Below are positions 17,531 to 25,142 of a DNA stretch of 27,620 nucleotides, in pieces. Within the stretch, counting starts at the first letter, position 1. Every line of letters starts with the position of its first letter. The position numbers and the translations under genes are program-made. The notes beneath the pieces were generated by a model. It saw only the letters and a program-made list of their open reading frames with translations. It was not told the DNA's origin and ran no database searches. Origin of the DNA: a virus; the IMG/VR virus record IMGVR_UViG_3300046484_000120; one strand, written 5' to 3'.

Positions 17531-18052
17531 ATGATTAGTTACGAAAAAGCAGTCGATATTCAAACTAAAGCCGAGAAGGCGTATGCAAAAGCATCAGCGC
17601 AATTGCAAGAAGCCAATAGTACATTGGAAGCTTTGAAGCGTGAACTTGAAATTGAATGCAGTACTTGTCACAAGACAACAAAGGTTAAGGATATCGAACT
17701 AATCGCTAGAAAGTCAGGAGGATATCAAAGTTACGATCATGGAGAGTGGCAATATAACACTAGGGTATGTTGGGTTTGCAAACATTGCACAACTCCGCAA
17801 TCACTACCCAGTGAAACAGAAGGCCCGTTCGCAAAGAAGCCACCATTTAAATATGGCTTTGATCATTATGTCAAAGCTGTTCATGAGTGGTATTCTGATA
17901 ACGAACGTTGTCACGGGAGAGTTCTGCAATTATTAGGGCCACATCTACAAAGAGAAGAGGATCTTCTGCGCAAGAAAGAAAAGGAAAGAAAAATTGAAGA
18001 AGCTAAAAAATTACTTGCAGACGAGGGTATATTAGGTAATACTGAAGCATAA
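17531..18052 (+). CDS. hypothetical protein with CxxC...CxxC motifs and a C-terminal Lys/Glu-rich coiled-coil
   Basis: Track ORF 17489..18052 overlaps tRNA-Arg; trimmed to the ATG at 17531 preceded by AAGAGGA. Contains CSTCHK ... CWVCKHC. Confidence 0.5.
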   Translation: MISYEKAVDIQTKAEKAYAKASAQLQEANSTLEALKRELEIECSTCHKTTKVKDIELIARKSGGYQSYDHGEWQYNTRVCWVCKHCTTPQSLPSETEGPFAKKPPFKYGFDHYVKAVHEWYSDNERCHGRVLQLLGPHLQREEDLLRKKEKERKIEEAKKLLADEGILGNTEA

Positions 18053-18060
18053 TTTAGAAC

Positions 18061-18138
18061 GCCGATGTAGTTCAATTGGTAGAACGCCAGTTTCATAAGC
18101 TGGGTCTTGTGTGGGTTCGACTCCCTCTATCGGCACCA
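18061..18138 (+). tRNA. tRNA-Met (anticodon CAU); Ile2/lysidine type cannot be excluded
   Basis: Acceptor GCCGATG/TATCGGC; D arm GTTC-AATTGGTA-GAAC; anticodon arm CCAGT-TTCATAA-GCTGG; T loop TTCGACT; discriminator A; CCA encoded. Confidence 0.7.
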
Positions 18139-18209
18139 AATGTTTGACGATCTACTATATAGCCTGACCACCACACGCGAGCCGCTAGCGGCGGCGTGTA
18201 GGAATAGTT

Positions 18210-18365
18210 ATGGCAAATCACAAGCGGCGAAAGCCTAAGAATAGTAGATCTGGATGTTTGATGTGTAAGTATTGGAAGATTAATGGCTTCTCCCCAAAAG
18301 AGAAGATGAAGTTTTCCGAATACCGAAGATACTCTGATGCTGCGGAACAGATGAAGGACGTCTGA
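18210..18365 (+). CDS. small basic protein (51 aa)
   Basis: Hand-found ORF MANHKRRKPKNSRSGCLMCKYWKINGF...; AGGAA upstream. Confidence 0.3.
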   Translation: MANHKRRKPKNSRSGCLMCKYWKINGFSPKEKMKFSEYRRYSDAAEQMKDV

Positions 18366-18433
18366 TTCTAGCAGAAGGATAGGTAATATGTTTGATACTA
18401 GTTAGGTAACCTTCTCTTCAAAAAGGAGGTGCC

Positions 18434-18586
18434 TATGCAATATTGCAAATGGTGTGCTCTCGTTCGCGAGCTGAGTAAAGACGAAACTGGCCACAGTAAG
18501 GTGGGCATGTGCCGTCAATGCTACAGAAAAGAGCACAAGACGGATACGATAGTCGATAGAAAAAGACTAAGAAAATCCAGAAAGTA
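18434..18586 (+). CDS. small zinc-ribbon protein (50 aa)
   Basis: Strong RBS AAGGAGGTG 5 nt upstream: MQYCKWCALVRELSKDETGHSKVGMCRQCYRKEHKTDTIVDRKRLRKSRK (CxxC...CxxC). Confidence 0.45.
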
Positions 18587-18631
18587 AGTAAACTGGAACC
18601 GAGACGTTTGTCAACTCAAGCGTCTCGTCAC

Positions 18632-18704
18632 GGGGCTGTAGCTCAACTGGGAGAGCGCTAGACCTGCAATCTAGAGGTTGTCGGTTCGATTCCGATCAGC
18701 TCCA
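18632..18704 (+). tRNA. tRNA-Ala (anticodon UGC)
   Basis: Very similar to the remembered E. coli tRNA-Ala(UGC) 5' half (GGGGCTGTAGCTCAACTGGGAGAGCGC); G3·U70; anticodon arm CTAGA-CCTGCAA-TCTAG; T arm GTCGG-TTCGATT-CCGAT. Confidence 0.8.
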
Positions 18705-18709
18705 CTTAC

Positions 18710-18781
18710 GGGGTCGTGTATAGGGATACAGATTTCCTTTGCAAGGAAATTTTGCGAGTTCAATTCTCGACGGCTCCACCA
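18710..18781 (+). tRNA. second tRNA-Ala(UGC)-like gene with a reduced D arm
   Basis: Acceptor GGGGTCG/CGGCTCC (G3·U70); anticodon arm TTTCC-TTTGCAA-GGAAA; T loop TTCAATT; discriminator A plus encoded CCA. The D region is only 13 nt (GTAT-AGGG-ATAC), so it may be a pseudo-tRNA. Confidence 0.4.
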
Positions 18782-18783
18782 AC

Positions 18784-18855
18784 GCTAGCTTTGCGCAATG
18801 GTAACGCACTTGTCTTGTAAACAAGTCCATATCAGTTCGAATCTGATAGCTAGCT
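18784..18855 (+). tRNA. tRNA-Thr (anticodon UGU)
   Basis: Acceptor GCTAGCT/AGCTAGC; anticodon arm CTTGT-CTTGTAA-ACAAG; T arm ATCAG-TTCGAAT-CTGAT. Confidence 0.7.
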
Positions 18856-18861
18856 CTACTT

Positions 18862-18933
18862 GCTGACTTGGTGCTAACGGAAGCATGTCTGTTTCGTAAT
18901 CAGAAGGTATCAGTTCAATTCTGATAGTCAGCT
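18862..18933 (+). tRNA. tRNA-Thr (anticodon CGU)
   Basis: Acceptor GCTGACT/AGTCAGC; D arm GTGC-TAACGGAA-GCAT; anticodon arm TCTGT-TTCGTAA-TCAGA (one T·T mismatch); T arm ATCAG-TTCAATT-CTGAT. Confidence 0.6.
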
Positions 18934-19001
18934 CAACGGATAATTTTGTATTTATATAGGAGTAATAGTTAAGTAATCAAGTCGCTCCAAAGAGGTGATA
19001 A

Positions 19002-19205
19002 ATGGTTACGGTAAAAGAAGCAATCATAAGAGTGGTAGCTGAAAAGCTTCGAGAATATTACCTTCGTGGTATTAGAGATGCCCGCATTGAAGTATCTGAA
19101 AACTCAATGCCAAGTATTCTTGAAACATTTGATGCTGGAGATTTTGATAATGCATATGATCAACATGTCTGGCTAAAAATAGCAGAGAACATCATAGATA
19201 TGTAA
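19002..19205 (+). CDS. hypothetical protein (67 aa)
   Basis: Track ORF with RBS AAAGAGGTG upstream. Confidence 0.45.
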   Translation: MVTVKEAIIRVVAEKLREYYLRGIRDARIEVSENSMPSILETFDAGDFDNAYDQHVWLKIAENIIDM

Positions 19206-19208
19206 CAT

Positions 19209-19279
19209 GCCCATGTAGTATAATGACATTACATTTCCTTGGTAAGGAAAAAAATCTGGTTTGATTCCAGCCTTGGGCT
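19209..19279 (+). tRNA. degenerate tRNA-Thr(GGU)-like element (possible pseudo-tRNA)
   Basis: Acceptor GCCCATG/CTTGGGC (6/7 pairs); perfect anticodon arm TTTCC-TTGGTAA-GGAAA; T loop TTTGATT (C56 replaced); D loop lacks GG. Overlaps the annotated TTG start of the HNH gene. Confidence 0.3.
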
Positions 19280-19968
19280 CTAATAGTAGTTCGATTCAGA
19301 ATTCAGCTGATATATGCCAACGCATGAGAGCTGGATTAACATACGAAGAAGCCGGTAAACTTGGGGCAATTGCTTACGCCAAAACAGCAGCTACTCTAAA
19401 GCAACAAAGAGTAGATAATTGGAACAATAATCCTAAGCTTTGTAAGGCATGTAGTAGCGCAATTCCATACGAGAAGCGTCAGAATAATTTCTGCAGCCAC
19501 AAATGTTCGGCAGCATTTAATAACAAGGGAATTAGAAGAAATGGTAACGCACCAATAAGCTGCCTCAACTGCGCAACTGAAACTCACAACCCAAAGTTTT
19601 GCTCTTCTAATTGTGCGCTTGAATGGAATTGGAAAGAGGCAAAGCAGCATTTGATAGACACTGGAGTCGATGAATCTTGTGCTAATAAAATTGGTAAAAG
19701 ATATCTGATAGAATTGCACGGTAGATGCCAGCAGTGCTTGTCATCTGAGTGGCAAGGAAAAGCAATCCCGTTAGTTCTAGATCATATCAACGGAAACCCA
19801 TATGATAACTCATTACCAAATCTCAGGGTAATATGTCCTAATTGCGACGCTCAAACCCCAACCTTTGCAGGAAGGAATAGAGGCAATGGTAGGTTTGAGA
19901 GAGCGAAGCGTTATAAGTTTGAGAAAGATACATTTTGTGATCTAAACAGATCACAATGGAAACATTAA
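19261..19968 (+). CDS. HNH endonuclease (homing-endonuclease-like)
   Basis: C-terminal HNH motif LVLDHINGNPYDNSLPNLRVICPNCDAQ plus multiple CxxC zinc-knuckle pairs; the true start may be the ATG at about 19324. Confidence 0.6.
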   Translation: MIPALGSNSSSIQNSADICQRMRAGLTYEEAGKLGAIAYAKTAATLKQQRVDNWNNNPKLCKACSSAIPYEKRQNNFCSHKCSAAFNNKGIRRNGNAPISCLNCATETHNPKFCSSNCALEWNWKEAKQHLIDTGVDESCANKIGKRYLIELHGRCQQCLSSEWQGKAIPLVLDHINGNPYDNSLPNLRVICPNCDAQTPTFAGRNRGNGRFERAKRYKFEKDTFCDLNRSQWKH

Positions 19969-20633
19969 TTTGCATAAACCCGCATAGAAGTATGGTTTCC
20001 AAAATTTCTATCGTCGGGGTTGATGATAGTGTATGTCCCGCAGATCTAGTTGATATTTCACAGACCTTTCAGTTTGTTGAGTGGGGCGTTAATCTATGCC
20101 CTGAACAAGAACAGAGGCCTGGACACCCCTCATCCGAATGGCTTGAAGAACTACTACCTTGCGCTGAAGATCTCCGATTGCGCGGAATCCTGCACGGCCG
20201 CTGGGAAAATGATGTGCTTGAAGGTGCTCCATCGCTAAAGGAGGAACGTCCAGATATCTGGGCAGCTTTTAGATGGTTGCAAGTTGACATCAGGAAAGAT
20301 CCAAAGAAGATATTAACATCACTGCAACATTACCCAGATAAGATTATTCTATATACAAATCTAGAGCCAACATTTTCATCTAGGATTCTATTACCAAGAA
20401 ATAAGATATTTACATGTCTTGATTATTGTGGATACGATTTACTTGAGTCTGACCTTGATTGGTTGTGCCAAGAAACGAAGAAGTCATTTTGGGTAAGCAT
20501 CGAGGGATTTAGATCTGATGACGAGATTACCATGGACCTCTCTAGGGTAGTGAAGTTTTTGAATAGGGCAGAAGATTTTGTCACCCATGATAGTTTGGTG
20601 AAATCTCTGCGTCATAAGGGTTATCGAATATGA
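19956..20633 (+). CDS. hypothetical protein (225 aa)
   Basis: Track ORF, ATGA-coupled to the downstream HD-domain gene. Confidence 0.45.
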   Translation: METLICINPHRSMVSKISIVGVDDSVCPADLVDISQTFQFVEWGVNLCPEQEQRPGHPSSEWLEELLPCAEDLRLRGILHGRWENDVLEGAPSLKEERPDIWAAFRWLQVDIRKDPKKILTSLQHYPDKIILYTNLEPTFSSRILLPRNKIFTCLDYCGYDLLESDLDWLCQETKKSFWVSIEGFRSDDEITMDLSRVVKFLNRAEDFVTHDSLVKSLRHKGYRI

Positions 20634-21505
20634 TCCTGAACCACATCAAGCAAATCGCACATTCCAACTACTCCGAAGAGATTCGGCATGTAACGAAGGA
20701 AGAGGTAGCCGCCCTAAGTTCACTTGACCTATCAATGCTTCACTCAATCATGATTGGGCCGCATGTAAGTTTGGCGTTAGCGGTACTTCAGCGTATTGGT
20801 TTCTTTGAAGATCTCATCCCGGAGATTCAGGAAGGGCTTGACCTCAAGAGTTCGAAGCACTTCAAAGAAATCTGGCCGCATACGATTCAGGTAGTTGGAC
20901 AAACTCCGCCGGTTATCAACATTCGCTGGGCGGCACTGTTTCACGATCTGGGTAAGGCTAAGGCATTCGATATCAAGAACAACAAGGTTACATTCCATAA
21001 CCACGAACATATCAGCGCATACATCTTCGATCAGTTTGCAAAGCGTACTGGGATTTTCAGTAACGGACAGCGAAGATCTATCCGATTCCTTGTAGCCAAT
21101 TTGGGTTATGTTGAAGCGTATGATAGCTCTTGGACTGATACCGCCGTACGTAGGTTTGATAAGGAAGTTAGTATTTTTATTGATGACCTCTTGACTTTAT
21201 CCGAGGCTGATATTACAACTAGCAAACCGGAAAACAGAAGGAGGATCCTTCGCAGGATTCAAGAGCTGAGAGACCGTATTGCAGATATACGAGAAAAAGA
21301 CTCCAAGCAACGCCCGCTTCCAAAGGGATTGGGAAATGCTATCTCTGACAACCTAGGAATTCCGTTAGGGCCTAGAATTGGGCAGCTGATGAAAGAATTA
21401 GAGGGAAAGGTTGAGATAGGAGAAATATCGGCAAATGAAGATATCACATACTATATTGAACACCTAAGAAAGTCCCAAGTCGAGATTGCTAATACGCCAG
21501 CATAA
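20630..21505 (+). CDS. HD-domain phosphohydrolase resembling the C-terminal HD domain of class II CCA-adding enzymes / poly(A) polymerases
   Basis: H (HTIQV) ... AALFHDLGKA ... FHNHEHISA pattern, as in the HD domain of bacterial Cca (HxxxV ... LAALLHDIGK ... FHGHE). Confidence 0.5.
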   Translation: MILNHIKQIAHSNYSEEIRHVTKEEVAALSSLDLSMLHSIMIGPHVSLALAVLQRIGFFEDLIPEIQEGLDLKSSKHFKEIWPHTIQVVGQTPPVINIRWAALFHDLGKAKAFDIKNNKVTFHNHEHISAYIFDQFAKRTGIFSNGQRRSIRFLVANLGYVEAYDSSWTDTAVRRFDKEVSIFIDDLLTLSEADITTSKPENRRRILRRIQELRDRIADIREKDSKQRPLPKGLGNAISDNLGIPLGPRIGQLMKELEGKVEIGEISANEDITYYIEHLRKSQVEIANTPA

Positions 21506-21510
21506 GGTGT

Positions 21511-21912
21511 ATGTCAGAAACAATCATTATCGACAATAGCTTCTTCACTTTGTCATATAACCCAGATACCAAGATCGTTCATCACGAAATAAAAGTTGCC
21601 CTCACTCACCAGGCGTTCATTAACTTGCTCACTGGTGGAGAGGCGGCTTTGAAAAGCAACCAGGCTATCAAGTGGTTGTCAGATGACCGTAAGTACAGCT
21701 CTCTAACTGCCGAAAATATGGATTGGTCTGGCCAGTGGTTACCTGGGGCCATGGCAGAGACCGGCTGGAAATATTGGGCGAGGGTTGTTGATAAGATGCC
21801 ACCAAAGCCAATTCAGGATCAATTCGTTTCCGGTTATGGCAGTTACGGTCTTGTGGCAAAGATATTCACAGATATGTCTGCGGCAATGAAGTGGCTAGAA
21901 GATCAGGTGTAA
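21511..21912 (+). CDS. hypothetical protein (133 aa)
   Basis: Track ORF. Confidence 0.45.
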   Translation: MSETIIIDNSFFTLSYNPDTKIVHHEIKVALTHQAFINLLTGGEAALKSNQAIKWLSDDRKYSSLTAENMDWSGQWLPGAMAETGWKYWARVVDKMPPKPIQDQFVSGYGSYGLVAKIFTDMSAAMKWLEDQV

Positions 21913-22044
21913 GCTACTAATACTTTGGAATAATTATCTAACCTGTCTCTTGAACACAACGATGATAGTTGGTTGGAACAGGACAAACCACTAACCATGG
22001 TTTGTGGCCATACCATAGCAGAATAATTCAGGGTGGTCATTTTT

Positions 22045-22116
22045 GCGGGCGTAGTTCAGCGGTAGAACGCGATCCTTCCAAGTTCGATGTCAGGAGTTCG
22101 ATCCTCCTCGCCCGCT
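22045..22116 (+). tRNA. tRNA-Gly (anticodon UCC)
   Basis: Acceptor GCGGGCG/CGCCCGC; discriminator T; D arm GTTC-AGCGGTA-GAAC; anticodon arm CGATC-CTTCCAA-GTTCG; T arm AGGAG-TTCGATC-CTCCT. Confidence 0.75.
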
Positions 22117-22241
22117 CTACCAATAATCTGGAGTTCTAACATGGGTATTAAGAAACATAGAAGTATTAAGACGCATCGTGTTCCTGGTGGTGCTGGTAGT
22201 GGATCAAAAGTGATTCCAATCAAGAGAACTAGTTAATATTT

Positions 22242-22314
22242 GCGGGCGTAACTCAATTGGCAGAGTACCAGCTTCCCAAGCTGGAGGTTGAGGGTCCGAT
22301 GCCCTTCGCCCGCT
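22242..22314 (+). tRNA. tRNA-Gly (anticodon CCC)
   Basis: Same acceptor GCGGGCG/CGCCCGC and discriminator T; D arm ACTC-AATTGGCA-GAGT; anticodon arm CCAGC-TTCCCAA-GCTGG; T arm GAGGG-TCCGATG-CCCTT. Confidence 0.65.
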
Positions 22315-22399
22315 CTCCCACCGGCGGTGGGAACAAATGGTTCTTAAGTGAACTGTTTCTGACTGTCACGATGTGAAAGCAGCGATTGATGGTCATTTC

Positions 22400-22480
22400 G
22401 CGGGCGTAGTCTAATGGTATGACAACAGCCTTCCAAGCTGTCTCCGAAAGGAATTGAGAGTTCGAGTCTCTTCGCCCGCT
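22400..22480 (+). tRNA. tRNA-Gly(UCC)-like with an unusually long (~14 nt) variable region
   Basis: Same acceptor GCGGGCG/CGCCCGC and discriminator T; anticodon arm ACAGC-CTTCCAA-GCTGT; extra CTCCGAAAGGAATT before the T arm GAGAG-TTCGAGT-CTCTT; same upstream GGTCATTT(T/C) as the 22045 copy. Confidence 0.45.
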
Positions 22481-22490
22481 CTCAACCCAC

Positions 22491-22563
22491 GCGGGTAACT
22501 CCTCAATGGTGAGGTGCCTCGTTGCCAACGAGGAAGCGGCCAGTTCGATCCTGGTTACCCGCT
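22491..22563 (+). tRNA. tRNA-Gly (anticodon GCC)
   Basis: Acceptor GCGGGTA/TACCCGC; D arm CCTC-AATGGT-GAGG; anticodon arm CCTCG-TTGCCAA-CGAGG; T arm CAG-TTCGATC-CTG region; discriminator T. Exact ends are uncertain by 1 nt. Confidence 0.55.
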
Positions 22564-22596
22564 CAAACAACACAACGCATATCCTGGAATTATACC

Positions 22597-23511
22597 ATGG
22601 ATTCCAATAAGCTCCTTAAACGCTGGGCATCTTCAAATAGAGATATCAATTCTCAATTGGTAGTTTCTGAAAATCTATTAGATGGTTTCTTTGGTACCAA
22701 AGTTGCTGCTGAATCTATGGATGATGAAGCCTGTAAGATTCTATCAGCCTACGTGGCGTTCACCAGAGCGCTCTACTTAGTACATCAACAGAATCATTGG
22801 GACGCCCAAGCATATGGAGATCACTTACTCTTTCAACGACTATACGAAGGGGCACAAGAACTAGCAGACGACGCGGCTGAGCGTGTAAAGGGTCTGTGTG
22901 GTGACGTTATTTTTGAAGGTGAAGAGGCCATCACAAAGAAGTTTGAACCAAGTATCAAGACACTAAGCTCACTTCTAGAATCCTCGTTGGAGATTGAACG
23001 CGCATTCCAGGATGTATGTCAAAACACCTATGATGCCATGAAGAAAAAAGATATGATGACTCTTGGGCTTGATGATCTTCTTATGTCACAAGCCAGTCAA
23101 GGTGAAGTACATATTTACCTTCTGCAGCAGGCTTTAAAGGGACTAGGAGAAGATATGAGTAGTGTAGCTGATAATGCTAAAGAGATTCTTGAAAAGACCG
23201 AGAGTTTTAGGGATATTTTGGTGGTGGCCGGCAGGAAGCGCAAGCCAGAATATAAGCCAAAGGACATCATCGAGTATATCGAAGCTGCCCTCAAGGTTCG
23301 TCCACATGAAGAAGTTTTCGCTTATATCAAGGGATTGGAAGAAGCCCTGCTAGATCAGGTCATCAACATCTTGATGAAAACTAACCCTGCTTTGTTGAAG
23401 AAGATCTTTGTTAGCAGCATCGCAAAGCCTGAAGTTGAAATTGAAGAAAAGATTGAATCTCCTGAGCTGCCAGGCTTGGAAGATGCGCAGAAGAGTGTTG
23501 TCCTGTTGTAA
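22597..23511 (+). CDS. Dps/ferritin-like domain protein with an extended C-terminal region
   Basis: Track ORF 22522..23511 overlaps tRNA-Gly(GCC); trimmed to the ATG at 22597 (MDSNKLL...). The N-terminal domain has a Dps-like ferroxidase pattern: LSAYVAFTRALYLVHQQNHWDAQAYGDHLLFQRLYEGAQELADDAAERV (compare LANxxVLYxKLHNFHWNVKGxxFxxLHExFEE...IAER). Confidence 0.55.
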   Translation: MDSNKLLKRWASSNRDINSQLVVSENLLDGFFGTKVAAESMDDEACKILSAYVAFTRALYLVHQQNHWDAQAYGDHLLFQRLYEGAQELADDAAERVKGLCGDVIFEGEEAITKKFEPSIKTLSSLLESSLEIERAFQDVCQNTYDAMKKKDMMTLGLDDLLMSQASQGEVHIYLLQQALKGLGEDMSSVADNAKEILEKTESFRDILVVAGRKRKPEYKPKDIIEYIEAALKVRPHEEVFAYIKGLEEALLDQVINILMKTNPALLKKIFVSSIAKPEVEIEEKIESPELPGLEDAQKSVVLL

Positions 23512-23541
23512 TAGAAAAGAGGTAGTTGTTATGCTTTAGTT

Positions 23542-23775
23542 ATGCAAACAACCAACAATTACGTTCCGACAATTATAGAACGCAGCGCCCGTCGAGCTAC
23601 CCGCCGTATCTGCGGGGGTGATAGAGCTTTGCGTTACTTTAAAAAATCATCACATCGTTCTTATCGAAGAATGATGAACCAACAACTCAGCGACATTACG
23701 TCTGGTTACATCGACGTGGAAGATTACAACGATGAACCCGGTCATTGCAAATGCACCAGCTGGGATATTTGGTAG
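23542..23775 (+). CDS. hypothetical basic protein (77 aa)
   Basis: Track ORF. Confidence 0.4.
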   Translation: MQTTNNYVPTIIERSARRATRRICGGDRALRYFKKSSHRSYRRMMNQQLSDITSGYIDVEDYNDEPGHCKCTSWDIW

Positions 23776-23865
23776 TTGATTGTATTACCTATTAATTGGC
23801 AACAGGTGATATTTCCCTATTATTTATAGGGTTTCAATAAAATTCAAAAATTACAGGGAGGTTAT

Positions 23866-24951
23866 ATGTCCACATCATTTTCTAGACTTATCACAAGTGT
23901 AGTTGTATTCATGGCGCTTTCCTGTGGCAGCAAAGGGCAAGAGAGCGGCAATGGAAATACTGGAGGATCTGGTTACGTAATTCAAACTGGCGGAACCGGA
24001 TCTGATATTGATGGAGGCTCTAATGGAGGTGGAACAACCTGTGCTCAGCAACAAGTCCCACTAAAAGTATTGCCTCCAGACATCTTGATAATTCAAGACA
24101 GATCTCAGTCGATGACTGATAACTCCAACGATAAAACCTGTACTGGTGGGTGCGGAGCGGCATCAAAATGGGCACAGGTAACCACCGCTATCGAGGATGT
24201 AGTTAACTCTACCCAAAATTCTGTAAATTGGGGACTGTTCTATTTCAGCAATGGAGTTACCGAATGTGGAGTTAATACAACACCAGCTGTGTCTGTATCT
24301 CTAGGCAATGCCAGTCAGATTGTTACTTCTCTAACGGCAAATTCTCCAAGTGGCGCAACCCCAACAACTGCAACTGTAAATAATGCAGTTGCCTATATGC
24401 AGACACTTACAGATCCTAATCCAAAGTATCTTTTGCTCGCAACAGATGGAGAACCAAACTGCCTTGGTGGAAATGCAAACAACAAAGACATTGCTGGGGC
24501 TACCGCAGCAATTGATAATGCAAAGTCTCTGGGCTTCCCCGTATTCGTTGTGGGTATTGGTAATGTCACTACAGCAACCTCAACACTAAATGGAATGGCT
24601 AACGCTGGTGGAAAAGCTCAAGCGGGCACCACAGCTTATTATGCGGTTACTGATACTGCGAGTCTTGAAACGGCCTTGACCAATATTGTAGGTATGGTAT
24701 CTTCATGTACCATCTCATTGCAAAATGTACCAAGTGGTCAATGGACAATTGCTATTTGGGCAACCGATTCTTCTGGTAAAACAATTCAGATCCAAAATAG
24801 CGCATCAGATGGTTGGGCCTATACTGACACAAACAAGTCGAGCATTGCACTGGTTGGACCAATATGTGATAACCTAAAGAATGGTACATATTCAAATATT
24901 CAGTTTGTTTATACTTGCCAAGATCAGGTTATTAATCCACCAGTGAACTAA
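23866..24951 (+). CDS. secreted/lipoprotein-like VWA domain protein
   Basis: RBS AGGGAGG; signal peptide with Cys (VVFMALSCGS); Gly-rich linker; MIDAS motif IQDRSQSMTD; LLLATDGEPN motif. Confidence 0.65.
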   Translation: MSTSFSRLITSVVVFMALSCGSKGQESGNGNTGGSGYVIQTGGTGSDIDGGSNGGGTTCAQQQVPLKVLPPDILIIQDRSQSMTDNSNDKTCTGGCGAASKWAQVTTAIEDVVNSTQNSVNWGLFYFSNGVTECGVNTTPAVSVSLGNASQIVTSLTANSPSGATPTTATVNNAVAYMQTLTDPNPKYLLLATDGEPNCLGGNANNKDIAGATAAIDNAKSLGFPVFVVGIGNVTTATSTLNGMANAGGKAQAGTTAYYAVTDTASLETALTNIVGMVSSCTISLQNVPSGQWTIAIWATDSSGKTIQIQNSASDGWAYTDTNKSSIALVGPICDNLKNGTYSNIQFVYTCQDQVINPPVN

Positions 24952-24952
24952 A

Positions 24953-25120
24953 GTGCCCAGACATATTCAAGAAAATCAATTATTATTAGCTAAAGAGAAA
25001 GATGTAGATAGGTTAGCTCAATATTTAGGTATTGATACAACAGGTTTATCAAAAGAAGATATAGCAAGTATTGTTGCTAGAAAAATTCAATTCTATACTG
25101 AGCCTGTTAATTACTATTGA
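24953..25120 (+). CDS. possible small ORF (55 aa, GTG start)
   Basis: Hand-found protein-like frame ...LAKEKDVDRLAQYLGIDTTGLSKEDIASIVARKIQFYTEPVNYY between the VWA gene and the next ORF. Confidence 0.25.
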   Translation: MPRHIQENQLLLAKEKDVDRLAQYLGIDTTGLSKEDIASIVARKIQFYTEPVNYY

Positions 25121-25142
25121 TGGAAAGACAAGCCAATTGGCG

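Noticed and set aside
22253-22573. Track ORF (106 aa, minus strand) spanning the Gly tRNA cluster
   Set aside because: It lies entirely antisense to three well-formed tRNA genes and has a low-complexity Ser/Ala-rich translation, so it is almost certainly a chance ORF.
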